64,000 nt of DNA, taken from positions 32,001 through 96,000 of the forward strand of contig CAWFGE010000021.1 in the NCBI GenBank assembly GCA_963815195.1, given 5' to 3'. Position 1 is the first letter of the stretch; each line of letters starts with the position of its first letter. Of this stretch, positions 11,211-21,940 are shown in pieces. The stretch is from an uncultured Planctomycetaceae bacterium (lineage in GTDB: Bacteria; Planctomycetota; Planctomycetia; Planctomycetales; Planctomycetaceae). Made by a program: the position numbers and the translations under genes. The notes under the pieces were generated by a model. That model searched no databases. It saw only the letters and a program-made list of their open reading frames with translations, and was not told where the DNA came from.

Positions 11211-11240
11211 TTGACTTTTGCAAAACTGCTGTGTTAGCTT
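11211..11240 (+). promoter_or_regulatory. Candidate sigma70 promoter for the pilM operon
   Basis: TTGACT, 18-bp spacer, TGn-TAGCTT in an AT-rich intergenic region; the palindrome TTTTGCAAAA lies in the spacer. Confidence 0.45.
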
Positions 11241-11408
11241 AGGTTTAGGAAAAAGTTTGCATTCTGCACACTTCTTGAGTCTCACGATCCTTTCAAAACT
11301 TCCTCCCCCGTCTGGGGGGAGTTAATTCACGATTAAAGTCCATTCGTTCCCGGGTTCGCCTGGAACCTGGGAATCATGCTGGCGTTTTTCTCTGGAGAAG
11401 ACAACACC

Positions 11409-13781
11409 ATGGCGGAAAATCAAGGTGTCTGGGGCATTGAAATTGGTCAGGCGGGCCTTAAGGCGATCCGCCTGCGTTATGCGGAAGCCGCCGAGCAGGT
11501 GTTGGCGGTGGCGTTCGATTATGTTCCGCACCCCAAGATTTTGAGTCAACCCGACGCCGTGCCTTCTGAATTGATCCCCCAGGCGCTCAGCAAGTTTCTC
11601 GAGCGCAACGATCTCAAGGGGGATAAGGTCGTGATCAGCGTGCCCGGGCAGACGGCTCTTGCGCGGTTCATCCAACTCCCGCCGGTGCCGGCTCCCAAGG
11701 TTCCGGAGATCGTCAAGTTCGAGGCCCGCCAGCAGATTCCGTTCGCCCTCGAAGACGTGATCTGGGATTATCAGGTGCTCTCGGTGGGCAGCGAAGAAGC
11801 GGACTTCATGCTGGATGCCGAGGTCGGGTTGTTCGCGATGAAGCGCGACCAGGTGCTGGAGCAGCTCAACCCGTTCACGGCGTTCAAGGTGGAAGTCGAT
11901 CAAATTCAGATCGCTCCCTTGGGGCTCTATAACGTCCTGTATTATGACCAGATGGGGCTCCGCCTGGACGGGGAAGAGAAAAGCCGCGACGAGCATTACA
12001 TCATTCTCGACATGGGCGCGGACAACACCACCCTCGTCGTGACCAATGGGGCGAAGATCTGGATCAGAAACGTCCCCGTGGGCGGGAACCACTTCACGCG
12101 GGCGCTGACCAAGGAAATGAAGCTGACATTCGCCAAGGCCGAGCATCTCAAATGCAACGCCACCAAGTCCCCCGATCCGCGGGCGGTGTTCAAGGCGCTG
12201 CAGCCCGTGTTTAACGACTACGTCTCGGAAATCCAGCGGTCGATCGGGTATTTTTCGAGCGTGAATCGCAGCGCCAAGATCAAAAAGCTGATCGGCGTGG
12301 GCAACGGGTTCAAGCTGGCGGGCCTGCAGAAATTCCTCCAGCAAAACCTGACGCAATTCGAAGTCGAACGGCTCTCGGGCTACAAGGCGTTGGTCGGCGA
12401 CAACGTGCTCAACGCGAACCTGTTCGAGGAAAACCTGCTCACCTTCGCCGTGCCTTACGGGCTGGCACTTCAGGGGCTCGACCTCACGAAGATCCACACG
12501 AGTCTGTTGCCGCCGGAGATTGCGACCGCCCGCAAGATCCGCGAGAAAAAGCCCTGGGCGGCGGCCGCGGCCGCCGCGATGCTGGTCGGCGTTTCGCTGT
12601 CGGCGGTCGGTTATGCCCGCGTGCAGGATTCGGTGAGTACGGAGCGGTTTGGAGAGGCCGAGCAAAAAGTCGCCGGCTTCAATTCCACCGTGACCAATTT
12701 CAAGACCGAGTACGAGACCCGGACGAAAAAGCACGATGAGATCGTGGCCACGGGGCGGGTGTTGATCGATCAACTCAACGCCCGCGAGAACTGGCTGGAA
12801 GTTTATAAGGCGATCAATGACTGCCTGCCTCACGAGGAGGGAAAAGACTTCGACGAGAAGAATATCGAGCTGCGAAACCTGATGAAGCTGAAAGTGATCA
12901 ACGTCCAGAAGCTGCCGGATCTGGATACGATGTGGTATGCGAAGCTGCTGCCCAACCAGTACGGTTCGATGCAGAAAAATGACCTCAAGCCGCCCAAAGG
13001 TCCGGGGTATCTGTTTACGCTGCAGGGATGCCATTATCACCACGAGGAAAAAAAGGAGATCATGCAGGCGGACACCTATGTGAAACACACGCTGCTAAAG
13101 AACCTCCAACAATGGGCCACGAAGGAGCACTATGCGCCGGTGCGGAAGATCGGGATCACGCATGCCGTCATGATCTATGCGGACACCAACCCGAAGCTTT
13201 ACTGGTACTCGCCGGACCTCCGCGAGCAAAGGCTGCTCATGGGTCAGCAGCCGGGGGTGGGAAACTTCGGCGGCACGGGAGACATGGGAGACGAGGCCGG
13301 GGCTCCGGCGGCCCCGATGCCCATGGGCGAGGAAGGCGAAGAAGGCGGCGTCAAGCCGGCCGACGTTTCCAATCGCCAGAAAATCCACCGCACCGAGTTC
13401 ATGATCCAGTTTGTCTGGCAGCCGGTGCCCAAGGATGAGCGAGAGGTCAACAACATCATGTACGACCAGCTCATCGCCTACCAGGCCCAGAACAAGAACC
13501 TGGATTTGCCGTTCGATCAAATCCAGCAGGCCGTGAACGAGAAGAATAAAAAAATCGCGGAAAGCAACGCGAAAACCCGGGACGACAACGCCACGTTGCC
13601 CGAAGGCGACGCCAGCCGGCAACCCCTACAGGAGCCGCTGAAAGTCACGCAGGAGCAATACGACGCCTTCAAGCAGAGGTTCATGGTGCCCGGAACGCCC
13701 GAGACCTATCCGAAAGGCGCGACGGCCCCGGCGGGCGGGGACAGCGCCGGTATGGACTCCGCGGCCGCCGACGGCCATTAG
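11409..13781 (+). CDS. pilM: Type IV pilus assembly protein PilM with a fused TM and periplasmic PilN-like region
   Basis: WGIEIGQAGLKAI, FEARQQIPF, ILDMGADNT, GGNHFTRAL, EIQRSIGYF, then SLLPPEI and a TM helix; GGAGAAG RBS. Confidence 0.92.
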   Translation: MAENQGVWGIEIGQAGLKAIRLRYAEAAEQVLAVAFDYVPHPKILSQPDAVPSELIPQALSKFLERNDLKGDKVVISVPGQTALARFIQLPPVPAPKVPEIVKFEARQQIPFALEDVIWDYQVLSVGSEEADFMLDAEVGLFAMKRDQVLEQLNPFTAFKVEVDQIQIAPLGLYNVLYYDQMGLRLDGEEKSRDEHYIILDMGADNTTLVVTNGAKIWIRNVPVGGNHFTRALTKEMKLTFAKAEHLKCNATKSPDPRAVFKALQPVFNDYVSEIQRSIGYFSSVNRSAKIKKLIGVGNGFKLAGLQKFLQQNLTQFEVERLSGYKALVGDNVLNANLFEENLLTFAVPYGLALQGLDLTKIHTSLLPPEIATARKIREKKPWAAAAAAAMLVGVSLSAVGYARVQDSVSTERFGEAEQKVAGFNSTVTNFKTEYETRTKKHDEIVATGRVLIDQLNARENWLEVYKAINDCLPHEEGKDFDEKNIELRNLMKLKVINVQKLPDLDTMWYAKLLPNQYGSMQKNDLKPPKGPGYLFTLQGCHYHHEEKKEIMQADTYVKHTLLKNLQQWATKEHYAPVRKIGITHAVMIYADTNPKLYWYSPDLREQRLLMGQQPGVGNFGGTGDMGDEAGAPAAPMPMGEEGEEGGVKPADVSNRQKIHRTEFMIQFVWQPVPKDEREVNNIMYDQLIAYQAQNKNLDLPFDQIQQAVNEKNKKIAESNAKTRDDNATLPEGDASRQPLQEPLKVTQEQYDAFKQRFMVPGTPETYPKGATAPAGGDSAGMDSAAADGH

Positions 13782-13948
13782 TCCGCCACGTTTTGGCCCG
13801 GCGGAGCGCGAAAAGATTTTTGCGGCGGCCGGAACTTGTGAGATTTTGAATTCGTCCAACAGGTAAGAGGGATCGCGGAGCCGAAGCGTTGACTCGGTTT
13901 TTTCCGCTCCCTCGCGACTCCTCCATCAGAAAGACATCGAGGCCCGAC

Positions 13949-15922
13949 ATGGAAAAACTTCAGCCTCTCATCAAGCACAAATACTGGGTCATCGGCGGTG
14001 CGGCGCTCTTGTTGCCGTTCATCGGCTGGTGGGTGAGCACGGTCGCCGCCGCGAAACATATCGACGAACGCATTCAAACGTTGTCGGCGCTGAATGTGTC
14101 CTCGGGCAGCAACACGCCCAATAAGGACTACATCGATCACATCGAAGACGTCAACAAGGTCTTGGACGGTCGTCAGATGAAGCTGTCCACCCGGTTGTAC
14201 GAGGAGCAAGAACGCCTGCACACATGGCCGGGCGTTCTGCCGAAGTACATGAAAGACAAAAAATACCGCGAGCAGGCGGACGACCAGGCGCTCCGGCTTT
14301 ACGCCCGGTTTCACCTGAATGAGATCGACGAGATGCTGAAGTTCGTTCGCCAATACAATTCCTCTTATTCGACGGACGAAAAGGGCCGGCCAATCATTCA
14401 GGAAACGGGCGTGCTCGAGATCGATAAGCAAAACATCCCGCACGTCGAGCGGGCGCGATGGGAGAGAACCCGTCCCACCTCGGACGAAATGTGGGACACC
14501 CAGGAAGATGTGTGGCTGACGTGGGAGGTTTTGAAAGCCGTCAATGACGTGAATGCCGATGCCACCAAGATCAGCGATGCCCCGATTCGCCAGCTTTTGA
14601 CGCTCCAACTCCGCGGCGGTTCCCGCGCCGAAGAATCGGCAGCGCCCGCGCAAGGTTCGCCGATGGGCGACGGCGACGAGAACTCCGCGCCTTCCAGCGC
14701 TCCCGCTGGCTTTACCGGCGGAGACTCCACGGTGGATGGAATGGGCGGAGGATCGGGTCTCCCGTCTCTCCAGGTCAACCCGGATTCGGTGCTGGGTTCC
14801 GACGCGTTGCAAACCGCGTCCACCGGCGGAGACAGCGATTCCGCTCCCCCGCCCGTGGTGCCCGGCGGCGGTCCGATCGGAGGCGGCATGGGCGGCATGG
14901 GCGGCAACTCGCAACCCAAGCGGCGCTACGTCGATGATTCTCCCGACTTGCCCTACAAGACCCGCGGATTCTATCTCGAAGTCACGATGGTCCATGACAA
15001 GTTGCCCGAACTGCAAGCGGCCTTGGTGAGCATGGATTGGCCCACAGAGTTGTTGCTCGTCCAGCAGGTTTCCCTGCACGAGGACGAAATCGCGCCCGTT
15101 GTGGACAGTGATTCGAGCTCGACGATGCGGCGGGGTATGCCCAGTCGAATCGGCGGAGGCGGCGGACGCAACGGCGGAGTCTTTCCACAACGAACGCAAA
15201 TGCCCGGCTTTCCTCGCACGAATTCGAGATTTGGCGCTCCCGGCGGCCTTGGAGGCGGCGGACGCAACGGCGGATTCACGACGCCGCGAATGCCGATGCC
15301 GCAATTCAATCAAGGAGCCAGCTCGCGCAGCGGCGGGACATCGTTTAACCGCGGCGGGTTCAACAACCGCTTCCCCATGGCGGACCCGATGGGAGGCGGC
15401 CGAGGTTTCTCACCGATGGGCGATATGGGCGGGGACGATCAACGCGCCCCTGCGACCTCCTACGACATGGCCATGAGCGACCCGTACCTCGCGCATGTCG
15501 GAATCGTCGGTTTGATGACGATTTACCGCTCTCCGGAAGAGATGGCCGACAAAGGCGAGAACGCCGGGGCAACGGCCGATGCGGCCCCGTCCGCTCAAAC
15601 CGAACCTCAGCCCGTCCAAACGCCGGGCGGGAATGCCACGCCGGAATCCGCGGAACCGGGCACGCAAACTCCACCGGCCGCCACTCCGGACGGGAACGCC
15701 ACGCCGGAGAACCCCGCGAATCCCGCCACGCCCCCGGCGGCCCCGATGAATCAAACGCCCCCGGCGAATCCGATGAATCAAACGCCCCCGGCGAATCCGA
15801 TGAATCAAACCCCGCCTAATGCGGGCTCGGCTCCCAACACTCCGGAGCCTCCGATGAAAAACGACAACCCCGCTCCCGCTCCAAAATCCAATCCGCAGCC
15901 CGCGAAGCCGGCGGACGAATGA
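13949..15922 (+). CDS. Membrane-anchored pilus-operon protein (PilO-like position) with Gly/Met/Pro-rich low-complexity tails
   Basis: N-terminal TM (KHKYWVIGG...), MWDTQEDVWL, KTRGFYLEVTM; synteny after pilM. Confidence 0.6.
   Translation: MEKLQPLIKHKYWVIGGAALLLPFIGWWVSTVAAAKHIDERIQTLSALNVSSGSNTPNKDYIDHIEDVNKVLDGRQMKLSTRLYEEQERLHTWPGVLPKYMKDKKYREQADDQALRLYARFHLNEIDEMLKFVRQYNSSYSTDEKGRPIIQETGVLEIDKQNIPHVERARWERTRPTSDEMWDTQEDVWLTWEVLKAVNDVNADATKISDAPIRQLLTLQLRGGSRAEESAAPAQGSPMGDGDENSAPSSAPAGFTGGDSTVDGMGGGSGLPSLQVNPDSVLGSDALQTASTGGDSDSAPPPVVPGGGPIGGGMGGMGGNSQPKRRYVDDSPDLPYKTRGFYLEVTMVHDKLPELQAALVSMDWPTELLLVQQVSLHEDEIAPVVDSDSSSTMRRGMPSRIGGGGGRNGGVFPQRTQMPGFPRTNSRFGAPGGLGGGGRNGGFTTPRMPMPQFNQGASSRSGGTSFNRGGFNNRFPMADPMGGGRGFSPMGDMGGDDQRAPATSYDMAMSDPYLAHVGIVGLMTIYRSPEEMADKGENAGATADAAPSAQTEPQPVQTPGGNATPESAEPGTQTPPAATPDGNATPENPANPATPPAAPMNQTPPANPMNQTPPANPMNQTPPNAGSAPNTPEPPMKNDNPAPAPKSNPQPAKPADE
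15743..15820 (+). repeat. 27-bp coding tandem repeat, about 3 copies (PMNQTPPAN)
   Basis: CCGATGAATCAAACGCCCCCGGCGAAT starts at 15743 and 15770, with a partial third copy at 15797. Confidence 0.9.
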
Positions 15923-15987
15923 GCGGTCGGTCTTTTCCCTGCAATCCCTCAAGCGCAATTCTTTAGTTCGCCTAGACGGAGTCGGTC

Positions 15988-18303
15988 ATGAAATTATCCG
16001 CAGAACGATTGAAGAGCATCGACTGGAAACAGTTGGGCGTAAATCACGGCGAGAAAATCACGCTCGCCGTGGTTGGGCTGGTGGTGGTGTTGATTCTCTT
16101 TACAGGGACTCGCTGGAAGACCTACCAGGAGAAACAGCCCGGCGACTTGCTGTCCAACGTGCAAACCCAGGAAGAGGCGCTGACCCAGGCGACCTGGCCC
16201 AAGTCGGAGCAGGAAATCTACACCAAACGCTACGATGTGCGCACGGTGTACGACAACTCGTATTCCGTGGTCAACGCGGGAAATTTTAAATACCCGCCGG
16301 GCCATCCGATGTTCTGGCCGCTGCACCGCCAGCAGGAACCCATCGAGGAACCGCAATGGCTCACCGTGCAATATGTGCTGGCCACCGCCGGGAATTTTGT
16401 GTTGGAACTGCCTCCGCCGGGACAAGAGCCGGTGTACGATGGGGCCGAGGCCCTTGCGGAGGCCAATAACGCCGGCAAGGCCGAAACGAGGGCAGAGGCG
16501 ATTCTAAAGCAGTTCGAGACTGGTGGCGGTCCCACCCAGGGTGGGCCGGAAGGCGTGGACGGCGGTTATGCCCCGGGCAATTCTCCGCCCAGGGCCAATA
16601 GGAATCCGATGCCGATGGGAGAGATGGGCGATATGGGAGACATGGGCGACATGGCGGACGGAGACATGGGCACGGGCGAAACCGGAGTCGTGGTCAATTC
16701 CCGCGGCGTGCGGTTTATTTCCGTGCGGGGCGTGTACCCTCTCCGGGAGCAGGCGAAGAAGATTCTCGAAGCCCGGCACGATCCCCGTCCGATCAATCCG
16801 CGGAGCCTGGTGCTGTTCAAGGATTTCGAGCTGCAACGGCAACAGGCCAAGCCGGGCCCGAATCCCTGGAGCGATGACGACAAGGATTGGAAAAGCGTGG
16901 ACCGGACTGCCATGGAAGAGATCCTCACGAAAGCGGCGAATTATTCCGAGGATGTGGTGGACATCAACGATACGGATTGGGTCTTTACGATGCCCTTGCC
17001 CATGCGGCTCACCGGGCGGTGGATTCCCTACTTCGTGGGGCATCCCAAGATCAAGACCCTGACCGAACGAGAGATCGAGATTCGCCGAATGCTGAACGAG
17101 CAGCTCGTGCAGCTGGAGAAGGAAGCCAAGTCGACGGCGGAGGACTCGGACTTGCCCGGCGGTTTTGCCGACTTTCAGCGGAATCTGGCGGGCATTCAAT
17201 CGGATGTGGCCGGCGACGAAACCCAAATGCGGCGTTTGATGTCGGGCATGCAGGAAATGTACGATCCGGAAAACCCGGGGGCATTTCAGAAGGAAGGCTA
17301 CGAAGGCATGACGCAGGGCATGCTCAGCCAAACTCCGGAGTACCTGCTATTCCGCTATCTCGATTTTGACGTGGAACCCGGCCAGGCTTACCGCTATCGG
17401 GTGCGGCTGAAAGTCTACAACCCCCACCACGATGAGCCTTTGGAAAACGTGGCCTCGCCCAAAGTCGTGGACGGCAAATACCGCGAGACCCCGTGGTCCA
17501 AACCCACCACGGTCGCCGTGATGCCCGAGGACACCAAATTCTTTGTCGAGGACATCACACCCCCGCGGGGACCGAACGAACCCAAAGCCAAAGTCGATTT
17601 CTTCCAATGGCTTTCGGACGTCGGCACCACCGCCCACAAGGAACTCGAAGTGCAGAAGGGCCAGATCATCGGGCAACCGAAACCCAAGACCAAGATCGAA
17701 GCGTCCGGCGAAGAGGTGGTCGTCGACCCGAAGGATGAGAAAATGGAAGTGGAAGTGCTGCGTCCCTTTCAAAGCTTCAAGCCCGAACCCATCGAGTTGA
17801 CCACCAACGACGCCGTTGTGGACTTGGTCGCCCCGCCGGCGAAATTCCAGCCTCGCGAATTCCACGCCGACTTGAAGATTTGGGACCAGCGGAAGGAATG
17901 GCAAGGCGTGGTCAAGCCGCTGAGCCAGATGCTTATCGTCAACGAGTATGGCGAGTTGGAGAACCGCAATCCGTTGGCCCAACTCCAGGACCATTCTCTC
18001 GCGACGGTGATTCTGGAACGTGAATATCGCGATTTTGAATACTTGAAGGACGCCGGCAAAGACGAAGCGATGGGCGAGGACGGCATGATGGGCGATGAGG
18101 CGACGATGGATGACATGAACCAGCAGCTCTACCAGGCCGGAGGAGCCGGCCGCGGAGGCAAAGGAGGTGGTGGCCGCAGCGGAAAGAGCGCCCCAGGTTC
18201 GGCGGGCCGCAGCAGCCGGGGTGGTTCCGCGGGACCCGGCGGCGGCGGACGCAGCGCAAATCCCCTCCGCAGAACACGCCGGCGTGCCAACAACGACGCC
18301 TGA
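15988..18303 (+). CDS. Membrane-anchored pilus-operon protein with an FnIII-like segment
   Basis: HGEK followed by a TM helix; LLFRYLDFDVEPGQAYRYRVRLKVYNP; MGDMGDM repeats; third gene of the pilM operon. Confidence 0.6.
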   Translation: MKLSAERLKSIDWKQLGVNHGEKITLAVVGLVVVLILFTGTRWKTYQEKQPGDLLSNVQTQEEALTQATWPKSEQEIYTKRYDVRTVYDNSYSVVNAGNFKYPPGHPMFWPLHRQQEPIEEPQWLTVQYVLATAGNFVLELPPPGQEPVYDGAEALAEANNAGKAETRAEAILKQFETGGGPTQGGPEGVDGGYAPGNSPPRANRNPMPMGEMGDMGDMGDMADGDMGTGETGVVVNSRGVRFISVRGVYPLREQAKKILEARHDPRPINPRSLVLFKDFELQRQQAKPGPNPWSDDDKDWKSVDRTAMEEILTKAANYSEDVVDINDTDWVFTMPLPMRLTGRWIPYFVGHPKIKTLTEREIEIRRMLNEQLVQLEKEAKSTAEDSDLPGGFADFQRNLAGIQSDVAGDETQMRRLMSGMQEMYDPENPGAFQKEGYEGMTQGMLSQTPEYLLFRYLDFDVEPGQAYRYRVRLKVYNPHHDEPLENVASPKVVDGKYRETPWSKPTTVAVMPEDTKFFVEDITPPRGPNEPKAKVDFFQWLSDVGTTAHKELEVQKGQIIGQPKPKTKIEASGEEVVVDPKDEKMEVEVLRPFQSFKPEPIELTTNDAVVDLVAPPAKFQPREFHADLKIWDQRKEWQGVVKPLSQMLIVNEYGELENRNPLAQLQDHSLATVILEREYRDFEYLKDAGKDEAMGEDGMMGDEATMDDMNQQLYQAGGAGRGGKGGGGRSGKSAPGSAGRSSRGGSAGPGGGGRSANPLRRTRRRANNDA

Positions 18304-18362
18304 TCCGGCCCCGCTCGGTTTCTTTCCAGGCCGCCCGCTTTCACGAAAAGCGGCGGCCTGGT

Positions 18363-19785
18363 TTATTTTTCCTCCGCCGGAAGACTCAACGCGGGGCAGG
18401 CGACCGGCCGGGAATCGGCCGGCGAGACGCCCATCGAAACGCCCGCAATCGTTTCCCAAAGTTCCGCCGCCATAAAAAACGAGCCGGTGCCGCAAACGAG
18501 ATCGTCGGCGTCCGCCAGCCGCCGGGCGAGATTCCACGCCTGGGGCGGCGTGCTCGCAGAGTGCACGAAACGCCCGCTGAGGCGCGGGCCATCCGGGCCA
18601 GCTTGTGGGCGGACATCCCGCGGGGATTGCCGGCAAATTGCGTCACCACGACCGTGTCAAATTCCGGCAAAAGGAGCCTGAGCATTCCCGCCACGTCCTT
18701 GTCCCGGCTGGCGGCGAAAATCAAGATTCGCCGGCGCGCGGAGAACTCGCGGCCGAGCGTTTCCAACAAGGCCGAGATCGACGCCCAGTTGTGGGCCACG
18801 TCCAAGACCACCGTGGGAGCGGTCTGGACGACTTCGACTCGCAGCGGGCACCGCGTCTTCGCCAGCCCCGCGCGCACGGCGTGTTCTTCGATCCGCCAAC
18901 CTTGCCGGTTGAGGCATTCGATCACGCCGACCGCCAACGCGGCATTCCGCAACTGATGGCGGCCGGCGAGCGGAATCTGAAGTCCCTCGTAACGGGCCCC
19001 GTGCGTGCGGACGGAACAGACTTGGGCTGCGGGGAACCGGGCGGCCGCCGGTTCGGTTTGAAGCTCGATGTCCCGGTCCAACGATATCAGCGGGGCGTTT
19101 TGCCGGTGGCAGACGGCTTCGATGACCCGATGCGCTTCGGGGACCTGCACACCCGAGATTGCGGGCACGCCGGGTTTGATGATCCCGGCTTTCTCCCCGG
19201 CGATTTCCGCGAGCGTACTGCCCAAGAGCCCGGTGTGGTCCCGGCTGATGCTGGTAATCACGCTGGCCAGCGGCCGGCAGACATTGGTGGCATCGAGCCG
19301 GCCGCCCAATCCCACTTCCAAAACGACAATCTCGACGTTCTGCGACAGAAACCACAACCAGCCCATCGCCATCGTGATTTCAAAAAACGTCGGCGAGGAT
19401 TGCCCGGGCGGCCGGTCCATACGGTCGGCTTCTTCCGCCACCCGGACCACGAGATCGACAATGTCCCCACGGCCGGGCATCCGGCCGTTGACTTGCATCC
19501 GCTCTTCAAACGCCGAGATGTGCGGCGACGTAAACAGCCCCACGCGAAGCCCCGCCGCCTCCAAGATCCCGGCCACCATCGCCGCCGTCGTGCCCTTGCC
19601 CTTGGTCCCGGCAATATGAATTGCGGGAACCGCCTCTTGCGGATCGCCCAACTGGGCCAGCAAATGCCGAACGCGATCCAACTTGAAATCCCGCGTCGAA
19701 TAACTATCCGTCTGGCGCGCTCGTAGTTAATCCGCCCATACAGGTATTCGATCGCCTGTTCGTACGTCGTAATCCGGTGGTCCAT
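18363..19785 (-). CDS. folC: Bifunctional folylpolyglutamate synthase/dihydrofolate synthase, frameshifted
   Basis: YLYGRINYER, IHIAGTKGKG, FTSPH, PTFFE, EVGLGGRLDATNV, LDVAHN, and C-terminal VCGTGSFF in another frame. Confidence 0.93.
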
Positions 19786-20086
19786 CAGCAGGAGGAAATC
19801 TCCAAAAAAAGGTCGGAACGAATTCGTCCAAAGTATATCGATTCGGCGGGCAGAGGAATATGCAGGCTGCGGCTTCAGAAAACTTGCGTCGTGGTACATT
19901 TTTGGTGATTTTTCGGCTCTTCCGGCGAATCGGGGGGGCGGACGCTGATGATCTTTTTGTGTGATGATCAACCGCGGATTTTACCTCCCCTGGGGACGAA
20001 TTCCGCCGCTGGCGTGGCCAAACCCGCCGGGATTGAACACAATGGCGGGGAACTCCCACTCCGCCACTTTCAACGAGGATCCGGCC

Positions 20087-21853
20087 ATGAAACATCGGGT
20101 GATTGTGTTGATCGTCATTGCCTTTGCCGTTGCCCTGGGCTCTTCACTCAAGGCCGACGACAAACTCCTCGACACGTTCGATCGGCAGCAGCTCACCGGC
20201 GTGTATTATTCGGAAGGGGCCAACGCGGGGGATGTCAACGGCGACGGGAAGCCGGACATGGTGTACGGCCCGTATTGGTTCGAGGGGCCGGACTTCAAAA
20301 CGAAGCACGAAATCTACGCCCCCGTGCCGCAGAACCGCGAAGGCTACGCGAACAACTTTTTCTCCTGGCTTTATGACTTCAACGGCGACGGCTGGAACGA
20401 TGTGTTCGTCGTCGGCTTTCCCGGCACGCCGGCTTATGTTTACGAGAATCCCCAGAAAGCCGGGCTCGATCAGCATTGGCCGAAGCACCAGGTTTTCGAT
20501 TGGGTCTCCAACGAATCGCCGCAACTGACGAACCTCACCGGCGACGACAAGCCCGAACTCGTTTGCACCCGCGACGGCTACTTCGGCTTTGCCACGGTCA
20601 ATTGGGACAAGCCGTTCGAGGCCTGGAAGTTTCATCCCATCTCCGCCCAGATCACCGCCCGAAAATTCGGCCACGGCTTGGGCGTGGGCGATGTCAACGG
20701 CGACGGGCGGACCGATGTGATTCATCCCAAAGGCTGGTTCGAACAGCCGAAAGACAACCCCGAAACCTCCCGCTGGATTTCGCACGAGGCGTCCTTCTCC
20801 AACGCCTACGGCGGCGCGGAGATGTATGCTTACGACGTGGACGGCGACGGCGACAACGACATCATCACCAGCCAGGCCGCCCACGACTTCGGCCTGAGCT
20901 GGTACGAGCAAATCGCAGAAGGCGGCGAGGCGAAATTCAAACACCATCTCATCATGGGGTCGCATCCGGCCGAGAATCGCTACGGGGTTTTGTTTAGCGA
21001 ACTGCACTCCGTCAACCTGGCCGACATCGACGGCGACGGCCTGAAGGACATCGTCACCGGCAAGACGTATTACTCGCATCACAAGCAAAGCCCGCTGTGG
21101 GATGCCGGGGCGGTCGTGTATTGGTTCCGCCTCGTCCGCGGGAAAGACGGCGGCGTGGATTGGCTGCCTTACCAAGCCGACGGCGAAGCGGGCATCGGCC
21201 GGCAGTTGTCGATTGCCGATGTCAACGGCGATGGACTGCCGGACATCGTCGTGGGCGGGATGAAAGGCGCCCATGTCCTCCGCCACCAGAAGACGAAGGT
21301 CGATCAAGCCGTCTGGGCCGAGGCTCAGCCGAAGGTGTACCAAGGCCCGCCGCCGCCGTCCACCGAAGGGGCCAAGGCTTTGCGCGGACCCAAGGCCGAG
21401 ATCGACAAACAAACCGGCAAGGTCCCGGGGGCGTTGGAAGGCGAATCGCTCAAAGCCCAGGCCACCTTTGGCAAAGCCCAACCCCAAGACATGTCCAGAT
21501 TCCAAAGCGACAAGTGGAGCGGCAACTCGCAACTTTGGTGGACCGGAGCCAGGCCCGGCGACACGTTGACGCTCGCGCTGCCTCAGCAATCGGGGCCGGC
21601 GGATTTGGAAGTCGTCCTCACCTGCGCCCGGGATTACGGCATCGTGCAGCTCGCGCTCGACGGTGAGCCCTTGGGCAAACCCGTCGATCTTTACAGCCCC
21701 GACGTCGTCACCACCGGCGTGTTGTCGTTCCCCAAGCTGGAACTCAAGCCGGGCCCGCATTCTCTCACCGTGCAAATCGCCGGCGCGAACCCGAAAGCCG
21801 TCAAGTCATACATGTTCGCCCTGGATTACGTGCGGCTCAAACAGATGGATTGA
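20087..21853 (+). CDS. Secreted FG-GAP/VCBS-repeat protein with a C-terminal carbohydrate-binding-like domain
   Basis: Signal peptide; repeated GDVNGDGxxD motifs; C-terminal beta-sandwich (YGIVQLALDG...ALDYVRL). Confidence 0.85.
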   Translation: MKHRVIVLIVIAFAVALGSSLKADDKLLDTFDRQQLTGVYYSEGANAGDVNGDGKPDMVYGPYWFEGPDFKTKHEIYAPVPQNREGYANNFFSWLYDFNGDGWNDVFVVGFPGTPAYVYENPQKAGLDQHWPKHQVFDWVSNESPQLTNLTGDDKPELVCTRDGYFGFATVNWDKPFEAWKFHPISAQITARKFGHGLGVGDVNGDGRTDVIHPKGWFEQPKDNPETSRWISHEASFSNAYGGAEMYAYDVDGDGDNDIITSQAAHDFGLSWYEQIAEGGEAKFKHHLIMGSHPAENRYGVLFSELHSVNLADIDGDGLKDIVTGKTYYSHHKQSPLWDAGAVVYWFRLVRGKDGGVDWLPYQADGEAGIGRQLSIADVNGDGLPDIVVGGMKGAHVLRHQKTKVDQAVWAEAQPKVYQGPPPPSTEGAKALRGPKAEIDKQTGKVPGALEGESLKAQATFGKAQPQDMSRFQSDKWSGNSQLWWTGARPGDTLTLALPQQSGPADLEVVLTCARDYGIVQLALDGEPLGKPVDLYSPDVVTTGVLSFPKLELKPGPHSLTVQIAGANPKAVKSYMFALDYVRLKQMD

Positions 21854-21876
21854 TCGCACGCCGTGTAACGCAATCC

Positions 21877-21911
21877 GGGTGGCACGTCCTTGAGCGCAGC
21901 GAAGGGCGTGG
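21877..21911. repeat. Short REP-like dispersed repeat, copy 1
   Basis: GGGTGGCACGTCC-TGAG...CGAAGGGCGTGG, also found at 38868-38900. Confidence 0.6.
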
Positions 21912-21940
21912 CGATCGCAAAAGCACGCCAACGTTTCAAA

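Noticed and set aside
10860..11400. Riboswitch (for example c-di-GMP) upstream of pilM
   Set aside because: No recognisable aptamer consensus by eye; only a short hairpin near 11304-11321. An Rfam/Infernal scan would be needed
11322..13088. Long antisense or alternate-frame ORFs (also 20144-21775, 30917-33160, 39270-41099, 41559-43688, 49937-51796)
   Set aside because: Shadow ORFs of GC-rich genes, with no motifs and overlapping well-supported CDSs
15743..15820. CRISPR-like repeat
   Set aside because: Head-to-tail 27-bp units without spacers, in frame within a Pro-rich coding tail, and no cas genes
18363..19785. folC, gatB or uvrA as true pseudogenes or programmed frameshifts
   Set aside because: These are housekeeping genes with intact motifs and no obvious slippery sites; sequencing indels are the simpler explanation
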